Shown: positions 1 through 8,477 of the stretch, in pieces
Layout: each line of letters opens with the position of its first letter
Numbering within the stretch: position 1 is the first letter of the stretch
Source of the DNA: Hadesarchaea archaeon
Lineage (GTDB): Archaea; Hadarchaeota; Hadarchaeia; Hadarchaeales; Hadarchaeaceae
Assembly (NCBI GenBank): GCA_029259175.1
Contig: JAPDJH010000016.1
Span: 1 to 43,489 of the forward strand
Direction: 5' to 3'
DNA: 43,489 nt
Made by a program: the position numbers and the translations under genes
The notes under the pieces: model-generated
The model's input: the letters and a program-made list of their open reading frames with translations, nothing else
Told to the model about the DNA's origin: nothing
Database searches by the model: none

Positions 1-1526
1 ATTGCCTCAGCCGCACCGTGCTCGGCCATGAGCCCTGCTAGGTGTGCATAGTGGTGCTGGACCTGATAGGCACGTGCTCCAAAATGCTCGGCGATTTGTT
101 TTGCTTCTCGCGTGGTTGAATAGTGTGGATGCAAGTCGCATATCACCATATCGACGCTCGGAACCCTTAGTAACTTGGCCAATCTGTCTATTGCCTGTCG
201 GAGGAACTCGAGTGTTTCTAGGTGACTTGCGTCTCCTATGTGTTGAGAGGAGTAAAAACGTCCGTTCTTCACGAAAGTGGCTGTTACGCACAGATCTCCT
301 CCCAAGGCCAGAGCGGAGCAATCACTTGGTATTCTGAAATGATACGGCATTGGGGCGTATCCTCGCGATCGCCGGAGAAATACAGGGTTTTCGTTCACGA
401 GTCTGATAATGGAGTCATCACACCGGTTAACGATTTGCCGGTTGTGGAAGAGAAAGAAGTCCAGCTTGTTTTTGAAGACTCCTAGAGCGTCTTGATTGTC
501 GATGATCATCGGTAGTCCTGGCATGTTTGCGCTAGTCATGACGTAGGCCGGCTCCTTTCCTTCTTCTAGAATTAAATGGTGCACCCCCGAATACGGAAGC
601 ATGACTGCTACCGTGTGGAGTTTTGGAGCCACTAGATCGGAAATCGGTGATTCGGATTTTTGACGCAGAACCACGATGGGCTTACGCGGCGAACGAAGTA
701 ATGCGATTTCTTGGTCAGACAGCTCGGCAAAGGTCTTGATTTTTTCAATGGAGCTGGACATGAGAGCAAAGGGCTGTTGCGGTCTTCGGAGGATTTCTCT
801 TAAGCGTTGGAGTGGTTGATCCTCGGATGTTTTGCACGCGATATGCATGCCTCCGATCCCCTTGATGAGTCCGATCTGTCCGTCGTCCAGCATTTTTGCG
901 ACTTCCGCGAATGGATGAGATGTTTCGATGGGTCGCCCTTCTGTGTTTAGTAAAACCACTTTGGGCCCGCAATTGGGACAACATGTTGGTTCTGCATGAT
1001 ATCTCCTGTTGTTGGGGTCGGTATACTCAGTCCGGCATTCGTTACAAAGGGGAAACTCACGCATTGAAGTGCGTTCGCGATCGTAGGGCAAAGCTTCGAT
1101 TATGGTGAACCTGGGCCCACAGTTTACACATGTGGTGAATGGATAGAGATATCTGCGGTCGCGAGGATCGTGCATTTCGTGAAGGCACGCTTCGCAGATG
1201 TGTATGTCTGCTGGGACAATCGGCGCGGCACCAACCCCTGTTTTCTCGCTTTTTATCACTTTGAAGTCTTTGAATTCTCCACTTGGCCGATCCCATTCGA
1301 CTCGGACGGTATCAATTTCTGCGAGGGGCGGCGGATTTTGCTTGAGAACATCCAGAAAACGCTTAATCGCGCCGCGTTCTCCCTCCACCATTATTTCTAC
1401 TCCGCCGTCTCCGGCGTTTCGAACAAATCCGTGAAGCCCCTGTTTTTGCGCCTCCCGATAACAAAACGGTCTAAAACCCACCCCTTGGACCAAACCGCTT
1501 ACAATAATTCGCGCCCGTGCTAGCAT
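1..1526 (-). CDS. hypF: Carbamoyltransferase HypF, 5' part (runs off window edge)
   Basis: Manual minus-strand translation from ATG 1526: MLARARIIVSGLVQGVGFRPF (acylphosphatase domain), zinc fingers CVNCGPRFTII and RRYHAEPTCCPNCGP, KGIGGMHIAC, VQHHYAH near position 1. Not in the ORF track because the stop lies outside the window. Confidence 0.96.
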   Translation of the reverse strand, partial: MLARARIIVSGLVQGVGFRPFCYREAQKQGLHGFVRNAGDGGVEIMVEGERGAIKRFLDVLKQNPPPLAEIDTVRVEWDRPSGEFKDFKVIKSEKTGVGAAPIVPADIHICEACLHEMHDPRDRRYLYPFTTCVNCGPRFTIIEALPYDRERTSMREFPLCNECRTEYTDPNNRRYHAEPTCCPNCGPKVVLLNTEGRPIETSHPFAEVAKMLDDGQIGLIKGIGGMHIACKTSEDQPLQRLREILRRPQQPFALMSSSIEKIKTFAELSDQEIALLRSPRKPIVVLRQKSESPISDLVAPKLHTVAVMLPYSGVHHLILEEGKEPAYVMTSANMPGLPMIIDNQDALGVFKNKLDFFLFHNRQIVNRCDDSIIRLVNENPVFLRRSRGYAPMPYHFRIPSDCSALALGGDLCVTATFVKNGRFYSSQHIGDASHLETLEFLRQAIDRLAKLLRVPSVDMVICDLHPHYSTTREAKQIAEHFGARAYQVQHHYAHLAGLMAEHGAAEA

Positions 1527-1589
1527 TATTTGAAGTCTGGATTTTGGGTGGTTTAAATATCATGCTTTTAACCCTCCGAATTGGAATGA

Positions 1590-1889
1590 GTGGTGATGAG
1601 CGTGCTTATAGAGAAAGTGGAAATCGGTGAGATGAAGTGTGTAGGGATAAAGGTGGATCTCCCTGGAGCCCCTCTTCTGTTAATTGTTGCTTCAAAGGGA
1701 TATCTCATGTGTGGGTACTTGAATGTTGAAACCGCCGAAAGATTGGGTCAAGCCGCCGCTGTGGTGACGGGGGTCCGAGTCTTTGAAGATATGCTGTCTG
1801 CACGAATCGTTAAAGTAACGTCCAAGGCTCGTGAGCTTGGGGTGGTCGAAGGCATGGAAGGTCGAGAAGCTTTGGTGAGGATGGGGTGA
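1590..1889 (+). CDS. YunC/DUF1805 family protein
   Basis: APLLLIVASKGYLMCGYLNVETAERLG...AAVVTGV...GMEGREAL matches the YunC pattern; directly abuts hypE. Start could be ATG 1596. Confidence 0.85.
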   Translation: MVMSVLIEKVEIGEMKCVGIKVDLPGAPLLLIVASKGYLMCGYLNVETAERLGQAAAVVTGVRVFEDMLSARIVKVTSKARELGVVEGMEGREALVRMG

Positions 1890-2903
1890 ATGGATCGTAT
1901 CACTCTTGAGCACGGCGGTGGCGGAACTCTTATGCTTCAATTGTTGGCTGAAACGGTGCTCAAGGAATTTAAGCTGAAAACAGCCGGTCCGGTGGGTCTG
2001 GATGATCTAGATGATAGTGCGGCCTTGAGAATCGAGGGTGGGGAAACACTTGTGTTTACCACCGATTCGCATACCGTCAAGCCCCTGTTTTTCCCAGGCG
2101 GCGATATCGGGCGGCTTGCGGTGGCAGGGACTGTGAACGATCTGGCGGTGATGGGGGCTCGCCCCGTGGCCATGGCGTGCGCGATAGTGGTTCAAGAAGG
2201 TTTTAGGGTTGATGAGTTCAAAAGGATAGTTAAGTCAATGGCACAAACGGCAAGTGAGGTTGGCGTGGCGCTGGTCACAGGCGATTTCAAAGTGGTCGAG
2301 CGTAATGATCTGGATGGGATGATTATCACCACTTCTGCAGTGGGGGTTGCGAAGGAGCTCAAGACCGACCGGATGCTCAGGCCCGGAGACAAGATACTCG
2401 TCAGCGGCACAATAGGGGATCACGGGGCGACGATTCTGGCTCAGCGAGAGGGTTTTCAGGTCGAAGGTGAGTTGAGATCGGACGTGTGTCCCATATGGGA
2501 CATTGTGGAGACCGCTCTTCGGGTAGGAGGGGTTTCTGCTATGAAAGACCCGACGAGAGGAGGGGTAGCGGAGGCACTTAACGAGCTGGCGTCCAAGTCC
2601 AATGTTGGCATAGTGATAGAGGAGTCGAGCCTGCCCGTATCTCCAGTTGTGCGGAATTTCTGCGAGATGTTGGGATTAGATCCCCTCACCTTGACGAACG
2701 AGGGCAAGGTGGTGATGGGGGTAGCGCGAGACCGTAGCGATGAAGTTTTGGAAGCTATCCGCGAGAATCCTAAAGCTAGGGATGCTTGCATAATTGGGGA
2801 AGTAACGGAAAATTATGCTGGAAAAGTTATCTTGAAAACCTTGTCTGGCGGGCAACGAATTGTCCCACCTCCGTTGGGAGACCCTATTCCTCGAATCTGT
2901 TAA
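1890..2903 (+). CDS. hypE: Hydrogenase maturation carbamoyl dehydratase HypE
   Basis: HGGGG, FTTDSHTVKPLFFPGGDIGRLAVAGTVNDLAV, MKDPTRGG, C-terminal PRIC. Confidence 0.97.
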   Translation: MDRITLEHGGGGTLMLQLLAETVLKEFKLKTAGPVGLDDLDDSAALRIEGGETLVFTTDSHTVKPLFFPGGDIGRLAVAGTVNDLAVMGARPVAMACAIVVQEGFRVDEFKRIVKSMAQTASEVGVALVTGDFKVVERNDLDGMIITTSAVGVAKELKTDRMLRPGDKILVSGTIGDHGATILAQREGFQVEGELRSDVCPIWDIVETALRVGGVSAMKDPTRGGVAEALNELASKSNVGIVIEESSLPVSPVVRNFCEMLGLDPLTLTNEGKVVMGVARDRSDEVLEAIRENPKARDACIIGEVTENYAGKVILKTLSGGQRIVPPPLGDPIPRIC

Positions 2904-2912
2904 GGCTGGGAC

Positions 2913-3614
2913 TTATTTCATGAATTCGTTAATAACGAGATCCTCTTCTTTTACTCCGAGTTTCGATAATCGCCGAAATATGTCATGCACTTTGCCAACT
3001 TCGGCAGCTGTATGGGCGTCGGATCCCACACTTAGCTTTACCCCTTTGTGAATGCACAATTTGATAAAGTCCGGAGGCGGGGTGTTATATTTGGCGTTTA
3101 CCTCGATTGTCACCCTTTTGTCTGCCATCAGATCTAAAAACTCCTCTATATCCTCGCGACTGAGAAAGGGCAGAAGGGAGCGATGAAGAAAGAAAGGGTG
3201 GCCAAGCGCCGCCACGGGAAACCTTTCAATGCACATTTTTGCTCTTTCCAAGTAGGACCTCGCTAGCTGTTGAGGTGCTGAAGCTTCTCGAAGATAATGG
3301 ATGGATGCTATAGGAAATTCGATTTTCGAGAGGAGTGGCTCTGGCAAGTCGATATTTCCATACCGATCTACAATGTTGAGTTCGAATCCGATTAGAAGAG
3401 GAATAGAGGACTCTTTTTGTAGATTTTTTAGTTCCTCCAGGTAAGCGTTGATCGAGTACGGGTTTATTCCAACGCTCAGCTCCGGCCCGTGGTCAGTTAT
3501 TGCAATGGCATACATTCCTTTGACCTCGGCTTCTTCCACTATTTGGGCGGGTGCAGCGTGCCCATCTGCTGAGTAATGAGAATGAATGTGAAAATCAAAT
3601 GGTTTCATCGCCAT
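2913..3614 (-). CDS. PHP-domain phosphoesterase (YcdX/HisPPase-like)
   Basis: DFHIHSHYS, AITDHGP, GHP and GSDAH metal-binding motifs. Confidence 0.88.
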   Translation of the reverse strand: MAMKPFDFHIHSHYSADGHAAPAQIVEEAEVKGMYAIAITDHGPELSVGINPYSINAYLEELKNLQKESSIPLLIGFELNIVDRYGNIDLPEPLLSKIEFPIASIHYLREASAPQQLARSYLERAKMCIERFPVAALGHPFFLHRSLLPFLSREDIEEFLDLMADKRVTIEVNAKYNTPPPDFIKLCIHKGVKLSVGSDAHTAAEVGKVHDIFRRLSKLGVKEEDLVINEFMK

Positions 3615-3648
3615 TTCCTAGCTTTTCCCCGCATATAAACTTTTCAAT

Positions 3649-3736
3649 GTGGTCAAAGCCGGACAAAGGTGGACAAAACAGAAAGGTTTATATAACTTTG
3701 CCAAAAGTGGACAAATGGGGACAAAAGTGGAAAAAA
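3649..3736 (+). promoter_or_regulatory. Phased 10-bp direct repeats (consensus GTGGACAAAA) flanking a TATA box
   Basis: Units at 3649 gtggtcaaag, 3659 ccggacaaag, 3669 gtggacaaaa, then TTTATATAA at 3687, then 3697 tttgccaaaa, 3707 gtggacaaat, 3717 ggggacaaaa, 3727 gtggaaaaaa. Confidence 0.8.
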
Positions 3737-4215
3737 TGTATAAGCTGAGAGAGGCTTGTGAGATCTTACGAGTTTCGAAAAAGACAATTTATCGGTGGGA
3801 GAAAGCAGGCAAAATAAAATGCGTCAGAACGCCCGGAAATCATCGTTTGATTCCAGAAAGTGAGATATCGAGAATTTTGTCTATAAAACCCGAGAAACTT
3901 GAAAAAGAGCGAAAAATAGAGGATAAAAAAGAAAAAAAGGACGTAATAAAGCCAAAAACATTTCAAAAAGTGACAGTTTCTCGGGAGGAGATCTTAAATG
4001 CACTTCAGCCTACTTCCATGGTTCAGCGTTCTGCTTTTAGCGATTTGATTTCGACCATTGTTACTTTACGACAGTTTACCACGGTTGATCTAATGTCTCG
4101 CGCTCGATGTCCCGAATCGATAGTGAAGCTGTTTTGTGATCAAATGGAAAAGCTTGGTTATTTGCGCAAGATAGATGAAAATAAATATGAATTAACAGTG
4201 GAGGTAAAAACATGA
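3736..4215 (+). CDS. Xis/BldC/IS607-type MerR-like HTH protein with charged linker and C-terminal winged helix
   Basis: [48 protein letters not shown]; K/E-rich linker; C-terminal wHTH-like segment ([17 protein letters not shown]). No serine-recombinase domain. ATG 3736 chosen because it lies downstream of the TATA box. Confidence 0.82.
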   Translation: MYKLREACEILRVSKKTIYRWEKAGKIKCVRTPGNHRLIPESEISRILSIKPEKLEKERKIEDKKEKKDVIKPKTFQKVTVSREEILNALQPTSMVQRSAFSDLISTIVTLRQFTTVDLMSRARCPESIVKLFCDQMEKLGYLRKIDENKYELTVEVKT

Positions 4216-5108
4216 CGTTGTGGGAGGAAAAACTAGGAAAAGAAGAGAAATTTGAGTCTTTTTTGCGAAAATGGTGGCTTTGCAGAGATCCTTTTTCATT
4301 TGATTTACCTGCCCCGGAAGCATTTGTTCCATTCCAGCGGGAAGAACTCATGCGCCTCAAACAGGTCCTCACATCAGGAAAAGTCGGGGTCCTAACAGGA
4401 GGTCTCGGAATGGGCAAGACCACAGTATGCGAGTTTCTCACGGTAGCGTTACGCGAAGAAAGTCTGTTAAGCACCGATCCCGCCAGCCAAGTTATCCCCG
4501 TATTCATCCATGGAGCTGTGTACAAATCTGCCGATGAATTTCTCCGAGCCATCATTCACTCGCTGGGCCTAGATGCCTCTAAGGACAGTGCAACTCTTTT
4601 TGAGTTCTTGAGGCGCTGGCCGCTGGAGCACCGAGAAAAGCTGGCAATCATAATCGATGATGTGCCCGAGAGCCGTGCAGATTACCTTGAGATAGGAGAA
4701 TTTTTTCGGGTTTTAGCAGATCTTCCGCAAATTTCTATGCTTCTGAACGGAGAAAAAAAGCAAATGGAGCGTTTTTTAGATAAAATACCAGCTCTGAGAG
4801 ATAGAATAGAGTTCTGGGTGTCTTTGAGACCTTTTTCATTTCAAGCAATCCAAGACTTGCTGAAATACCGCATAAAATACGCGAGCATACCGTTTTCTTA
4901 CGGTGGAGAACATCCTGCAAATCAGCTCATTACTCCAGATGGTTGGGTGGCGATCTACGACTGGAGTGATGGACGACCCCGCGAAGCTCTCAAGGCTGCT
5001 GCTAGGGCGTTGCGTTTGGCTGCTTTGCTCGACACGCGCATAAGTGAATGGGTGGTGAAGCGCGCAAACCGGCGTCCGTGGTGGAAACGTTTTCTCCCCT
5101 TCTTCTAA
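4212..5108 (+). CDS. ExeA/GspA-like AAA+ ATPase (AAA_22) with basic-aromatic C-terminal tail
   Basis: N-terminal DPF motif, Walker [10 protein letters not shown], Walker B IIIDD, ALRDRI arginine-finger region, SDGRPR sensor-2; ends [16 protein letters not shown] overlap with the upstream gene. Confidence 0.82.
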   Translation: MTLWEEKLGKEEKFESFLRKWWLCRDPFSFDLPAPEAFVPFQREELMRLKQVLTSGKVGVLTGGLGMGKTTVCEFLTVALREESLLSTDPASQVIPVFIHGAVYKSADEFLRAIIHSLGLDASKDSATLFEFLRRWPLEHREKLAIIIDDVPESRADYLEIGEFFRVLADLPQISMLLNGEKKQMERFLDKIPALRDRIEFWVSLRPFSFQAIQDLLKYRIKYASIPFSYGGEHPANQLITPDGWVAIYDWSDGRPREALKAAARALRLAALLDTRISEWVVKRANRRPWWKRFLPFF

Positions 5109-5118
5109 TCCGTTATCT

Positions 5119-5145
5119 TTTTACTTCCAAAAAATGGAAGTAAAA
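5119..5145. promoter_or_regulatory. Perfect 11-bp inverted repeat abutting a start codon (putative operator or hairpin)
   Basis: TTTTACTTCCA-AAAAA-TGGAAGTAAAA; the last A is the A of ATG 5145. Confidence 0.7.
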
Positions 5146-5561
5146 TGAGAAGAATGCGTTCCGAGCTGCAAAGAGCTGAGCGCTGGCTTGAGGATAACCT
5201 CTTCGTCCAGACCCTTTTAGAACGCTCTCATTTGAGGCCCCAGACCTTCAAAGCCCTGCTTTTTAAATCATGGGTTCCAGAAGCCACTTTTGAGGAAATT
5301 GCGCGCAGACTTGGAGTGAACCAGCCGGGGGCTTGGAAGTGCTGGAAACGGGGCAGGGACAGCATTATCAAATCATATCTAACATTGAAACTGGCTATTC
5401 ACGCCGGTCTTTTGGACGCGGAAACCGTAGAGCTTTTACTCGACGACTTGTTGGACTATCGCACTCTTCTCCGGGGCGAGGGAGATCGGGAGGAGATTTT
5501 GTACAGGATCGAGCGTCGGACATTGGATCTTCTGAGACGTTTTGAGAAACATCGCGAATAA
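5145..5561 (+). CDS. HTH DNA-binding protein (sigma70-r4/Tfx-like)
   Basis: TFEEIARRLGVNQPGAWKCWKRG helix-turn-helix pattern. Confidence 0.7.
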   Translation: MRRMRSELQRAERWLEDNLFVQTLLERSHLRPQTFKALLFKSWVPEATFEEIARRLGVNQPGAWKCWKRGRDSIIKSYLTLKLAIHAGLLDAETVELLLDDLLDYRTLLRGEGDREEILYRIERRTLDLLRRFEKHRE

Positions 5562-5606
5562 CCCTCTTACCATTTATATTGCTGGGGCGAGATAGAAGGG
5601 GCTGGG

Positions 5607-6110
5607 ATGAAAAGGGAGACAGCGCTGAAAATCGGTCTAAAGCTCCTAGGTCTAGCCTTTTCCATAGGGCCGTTGCTCATCGCTTTCAGCATAAACGATT
5701 GGGATATCCAGCGAGCCATGGTTAATGCTGCTGAAATAGAGTCGATCGAAAACAAGATTGGAGGCCTTTTCGAACCAGAAGCAGGTGGTTTTGAGATAGG
5801 CGACGCGGAATACGATAACGCTTCTCATTTGCTCCGGCTCCCGGTCACGCTTTCCTTGCCCTTCCCCTTTTCGATCGATTTGGTAGATTTTGATATCACA
5901 GCCCAGTTCGACTCCCAAGAAGTTACTCTCTCAATGGAGCAGGATTCTATCACTCTGTCTCCCAACGAGAACGTTGTGGTATGGTTAAGTGGGCAGGTGG
6001 CAGACGAGAATCTTGTAAATGCTCAACCCACAAACATCCAGGGGTCTCTTACTCTCCAAAAGTACGGCGTGTCCATAAAGTTTACCGTCCAGGAGAGTGG
6101 AGGACGATGA
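5607..6110 (+). CDS. Membrane-anchored hypothetical protein with acidic beta-rich extracellular domain
   Basis: N-terminal hydrophobic helix, then an acidic beta-strand-rich region; TTTATA at about 5573 upstream. Confidence 0.7.
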   Translation: MKRETALKIGLKLLGLAFSIGPLLIAFSINDWDIQRAMVNAAEIESIENKIGGLFEPEAGGFEIGDAEYDNASHLLRLPVTLSLPFPFSIDLVDFDITAQFDSQEVTLSMEQDSITLSPNENVVVWLSGQVADENLVNAQPTNIQGSLTLQKYGVSIKFTVQESGGR

Positions 6111-6694
6111 ACTGGAAGCAGATCAATTGGCCCAGACTGGTGGCGGGCATTTTGATGTTCATTTTACCATTTGCAGGTCCTTGGTGGACAGCCGAGGTGG
6201 GTGAAGGCGCTCTAGAGTTCGGCATCTCCCCGTTTGACATGCGCATGGTAATTGGAGGACAACCCCTGCACTCAGATTTGATCGGCCTTTTTCTGCTGGC
6301 CACTAAGATTTCTTTTCTCGTAGCTGGTGTTTTTGTGGTGCTTTCTGCTCTGTCTCCTCGAAAATGGTGGTCTCCGCATCTTTGCGGCTTCGGGATACGC
6401 AAACCTCTCTGGTCGGTAGTGGGTATCGTACTGACACTTTTGCTGGGCGCGTTTTTCGTAAACGTGTTTTTGCCGGGTCTGCTTTCCTCTATGGGAGAGG
6501 GTGCAGAAGTACAGCTCAACGTTCCCTATCTTGCGGGAGCCAGTACTGTCCATCTCTCCTTCCAGTCCCAAGGAAGCACAGTTGAGATCACGGCCCCCCT
6601 CGAAGTGGGTCTTACCGGAGCTTTTTGGTTTGCAGTGATCACGGTGGGCTGCGCTTTTGGTTCAGGGATTTATTCCAAACGGGTGTCTCGCTAG
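6107..6694 (+). CDS. Multi-pass membrane hypothetical protein
   Basis: About four hydrophobic segments; GGAGG RBS and ATGA overlap place the start at 6107. Confidence 0.75.
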   Translation: MNWKQINWPRLVAGILMFILPFAGPWWTAEVGEGALEFGISPFDMRMVIGGQPLHSDLIGLFLLATKISFLVAGVFVVLSALSPRKWWSPHLCGFGIRKPLWSVVGIVLTLLLGAFFVNVFLPGLLSSMGEGAEVQLNVPYLAGASTVHLSFQSQGSTVEITAPLEVGLTGAFWFAVITVGCAFGSGIYSKRVSR

Positions 6695-6777
6695 CCAAAA
6701 TCGACGATTAACGAATAAAATCGCGCCATCCGTATCCTTTATAAATACCGGGCGAGTTTGAGGTAGGGTGGAGGGGA

Positions 6778-6924
6778 ATGCTGAGCACTGTACAAAAAAT
6801 CCGTATAGGTCTAACCTTCTGCCACCTTTACAGAAAGAACTTCTTTGTTCGGACGTATTCCAACTTTCTTTCGTTGTTCGCTTTCCGCAGATATCGCTGG
6901 GCGCTCCGAGTGCTCAGCCTCTAG
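6778..6924 (+). CDS. Putative 48-aa basic, aromatic small protein
   Basis: TTTATAAA at about 6738, GGAGGGG RBS, ATG 6778 to TAG 6924: MLSTVQKIRIGLTFCHLYRKNFFVRTYSNFLSLFAFRRYRWALRVLSL. Confidence 0.4.
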   Translation: MLSTVQKIRIGLTFCHLYRKNFFVRTYSNFLSLFAFRRYRWALRVLSL

Positions 6925-7841
6925 TCTTCTGAGAACAGCTTGTGCGCGTATTCCTTCACCTTTTCTTTGCTCAGGATTTCGTATGGGAGATAGGGCATCA
7001 TTAGGAGCTTTAGATCGCTGTATTCTTTCTTGATGATTTTCAAATTTTCCTCTTGTTCACGCCGCTTCATAGAGCAGAACTTGCATTTGCACGGCAGAAG
7101 CATTTTATTGATGACCGCCCGTTTCACAGTAATCCCATGAGTTTCTGCTGCTTCTCGGAGCTGTTTGCCTTCGAAAATGGAGAGCTTTTCTGGGTTCAGC
7201 ACCAGAATCAGCTCAGTTTTTGGATCGGCCAGCATTTGCTCGACTCGTGTTACCGTTTTGCCCAAAGATTCGAGTCCTGCAAGGAGCTTGGGTTTGCGTC
7301 CTATTATCACTGATTTCAGAGTTTGGAGGGGGTGGATCAGCTTGTATATCCATCCAAAGCGTTTAGTGAACACCTCACTCATCCGCTTGGAGAGGCCGAG
7401 CAAGCGCAAGGTGTGGGCTGTCGGTGCCGTGTCCCACACGACCACGTCGTATTTTCCGCTTTCCACTAGACTCCGGATACGGTCTAACGCGAGCAGTTCG
7501 TTGACCCCGCTCAGGATCTCTAATGGAAGACTTTTTGCTGTTTGTTCGTCAAGCCAGGAGGCCACAGCATTCACGAACAGCTTTTTGTATTCGATCTCCA
7601 CTTTTTTAGCAATCTTGTCTACATCGATTTCCAAGGCCTCTAGGTTTGCCCCCACACGGGCTATCTGGTCCCCTATCTTTTTGCCAAAGATGCGTGAGAG
7701 TGCTTGAACCGGATCGCTTGATACTATCAGCGTGCGCTTTCCTTTTTCAGCAAAATAAGTAGCGATGGCCGAAGCCACCGTACTTTTACCCACTCCCCCT
7801 TTGCCGCTGCACAGGATGAGACGGGTTTTTCGCCTAGCCAT
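6921..7841 (-). CDS. ArsA/GET3 (TRC40) family ATPase
   Basis: GKGGVGKST, SSDP, DTAPTAHTLRLL, C-terminal CKFC; single ATPase domain. Confidence 0.92.
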   Translation of the reverse strand: MARRKTRLILCSGKGGVGKSTVASAIATYFAEKGKRTLIVSSDPVQALSRIFGKKIGDQIARVGANLEALEIDVDKIAKKVEIEYKKLFVNAVASWLDEQTAKSLPLEILSGVNELLALDRIRSLVESGKYDVVVWDTAPTAHTLRLLGLSKRMSEVFTKRFGWIYKLIHPLQTLKSVIIGRKPKLLAGLESLGKTVTRVEQMLADPKTELILVLNPEKLSIFEGKQLREAAETHGITVKRAVINKMLLPCKCKFCSMKRREQEENLKIIKKEYSDLKLLMMPYLPYEILSKEKVKEYAHKLFSED

Positions 7842-7849
7842 CTAATCCT

Positions 7850-8086
7850 TTACTTCTTGAGTCGAATGTTTAAAACGATTGGGATTTTCTTTTTCTTTTT
7901 GCCGACAGTGAGTTTTACCTCAGCCTCTCCGCGCTGGACTTTCGAAGCTACTTTTTCCCACACGTTGAGCTTCCCTTTCTGGATGTTTTCCATCATTTTG
8001 TCCAGTGCTTCTCCGAGTCCCAAGCTCTCTAGAAGCGGCGCCAAATTCAGATAGATCTCCAGAGCCGGTTTCTTCTCCTTTGCCAT
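7850..8086 (-). CDS. Small hypothetical protein upstream of the ArsA/GET3 ATPase
   Basis: GGGGTGAG RBS; 78 aa; 8 bp from the ATPase start. Confidence 0.7.
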   Translation of the reverse strand: MAKEKKPALEIYLNLAPLLESLGLGEALDKMMENIQKGKLNVWEKVASKVQRGEAEVKLTVGKKKKKIPIVLNIRLKK

Positions 8087-8249
8087 TCAGCTCACCCCAA
8101 CTATACTTAGCGTCGTCTTTTTATGAGCTCTTCGCTTCAGTGCCTTTTTCTTCTTCCAACCCGGCTAGCTTGGCTTCATATTTTTTTCACCAGTTCGCCG
8201 GCCGCGCGATACACTCAGCCTTAAAAAAATAGTTCAAAGGGTAGAACAC

Positions 8250-8312
8250 ATGCTGTTCGACCCGGAACCAAAAGGGAGAGAGAAGGATTTCTACCACAGA
8301 GAAGTCGAGTTG
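8250..8312 (+). pseudogene. N-terminal remnant of an archaeal AAA ATPase
   Basis: MLFDPEPKGREKDFYHREVEL resembles the N-terminus of Thermococcales-type archaeal ATPases; the similarity then stops. Confidence 0.55.
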
Positions 8313-8313
8313 C

Positions 8314-8457
8314 GTGAGGATGCACGTGATGCATGCGCCGGACTCAAAGCTCACGCGCTATTTCTGGGGGTTAGCGCGCAAGAAGGGGAAGCGAACGGCG
8401 ATCGTGGCAACGGCCTACAAACTATTCGTGACGATCTAGCACGTGGAGGTTGGACGA
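8314..8457 (+). pseudogene. IS110-family transposase C-terminal remnant
   Basis: VRMHVMHAPDSKLTRYFWGLARKKGKRTAIVATAYKLFVTI*HV resembles the IS110 KKxAIVAxAxKL tail. Confidence 0.7.
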
Positions 8458-8477
8458 AGTGGAAAATCAGCATAGGT

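Noticed and set aside
7-1523. Short ORFs listed in the first 1.5 kb
   Set aside because: All are shadows of hypF on the minus strand.
3736-4215. IS607 transposase call
   Set aside because: Only the HTH is similar; no serine-recombinase domain and no tnpB.
8110-8215. Possible integrase tail or att site at the island's left edge
   Set aside because: A frameshifted coding-like stretch exists on the minus strand but has no recognisable motif, and no copy of the tRNA-Gly 3' end was found.
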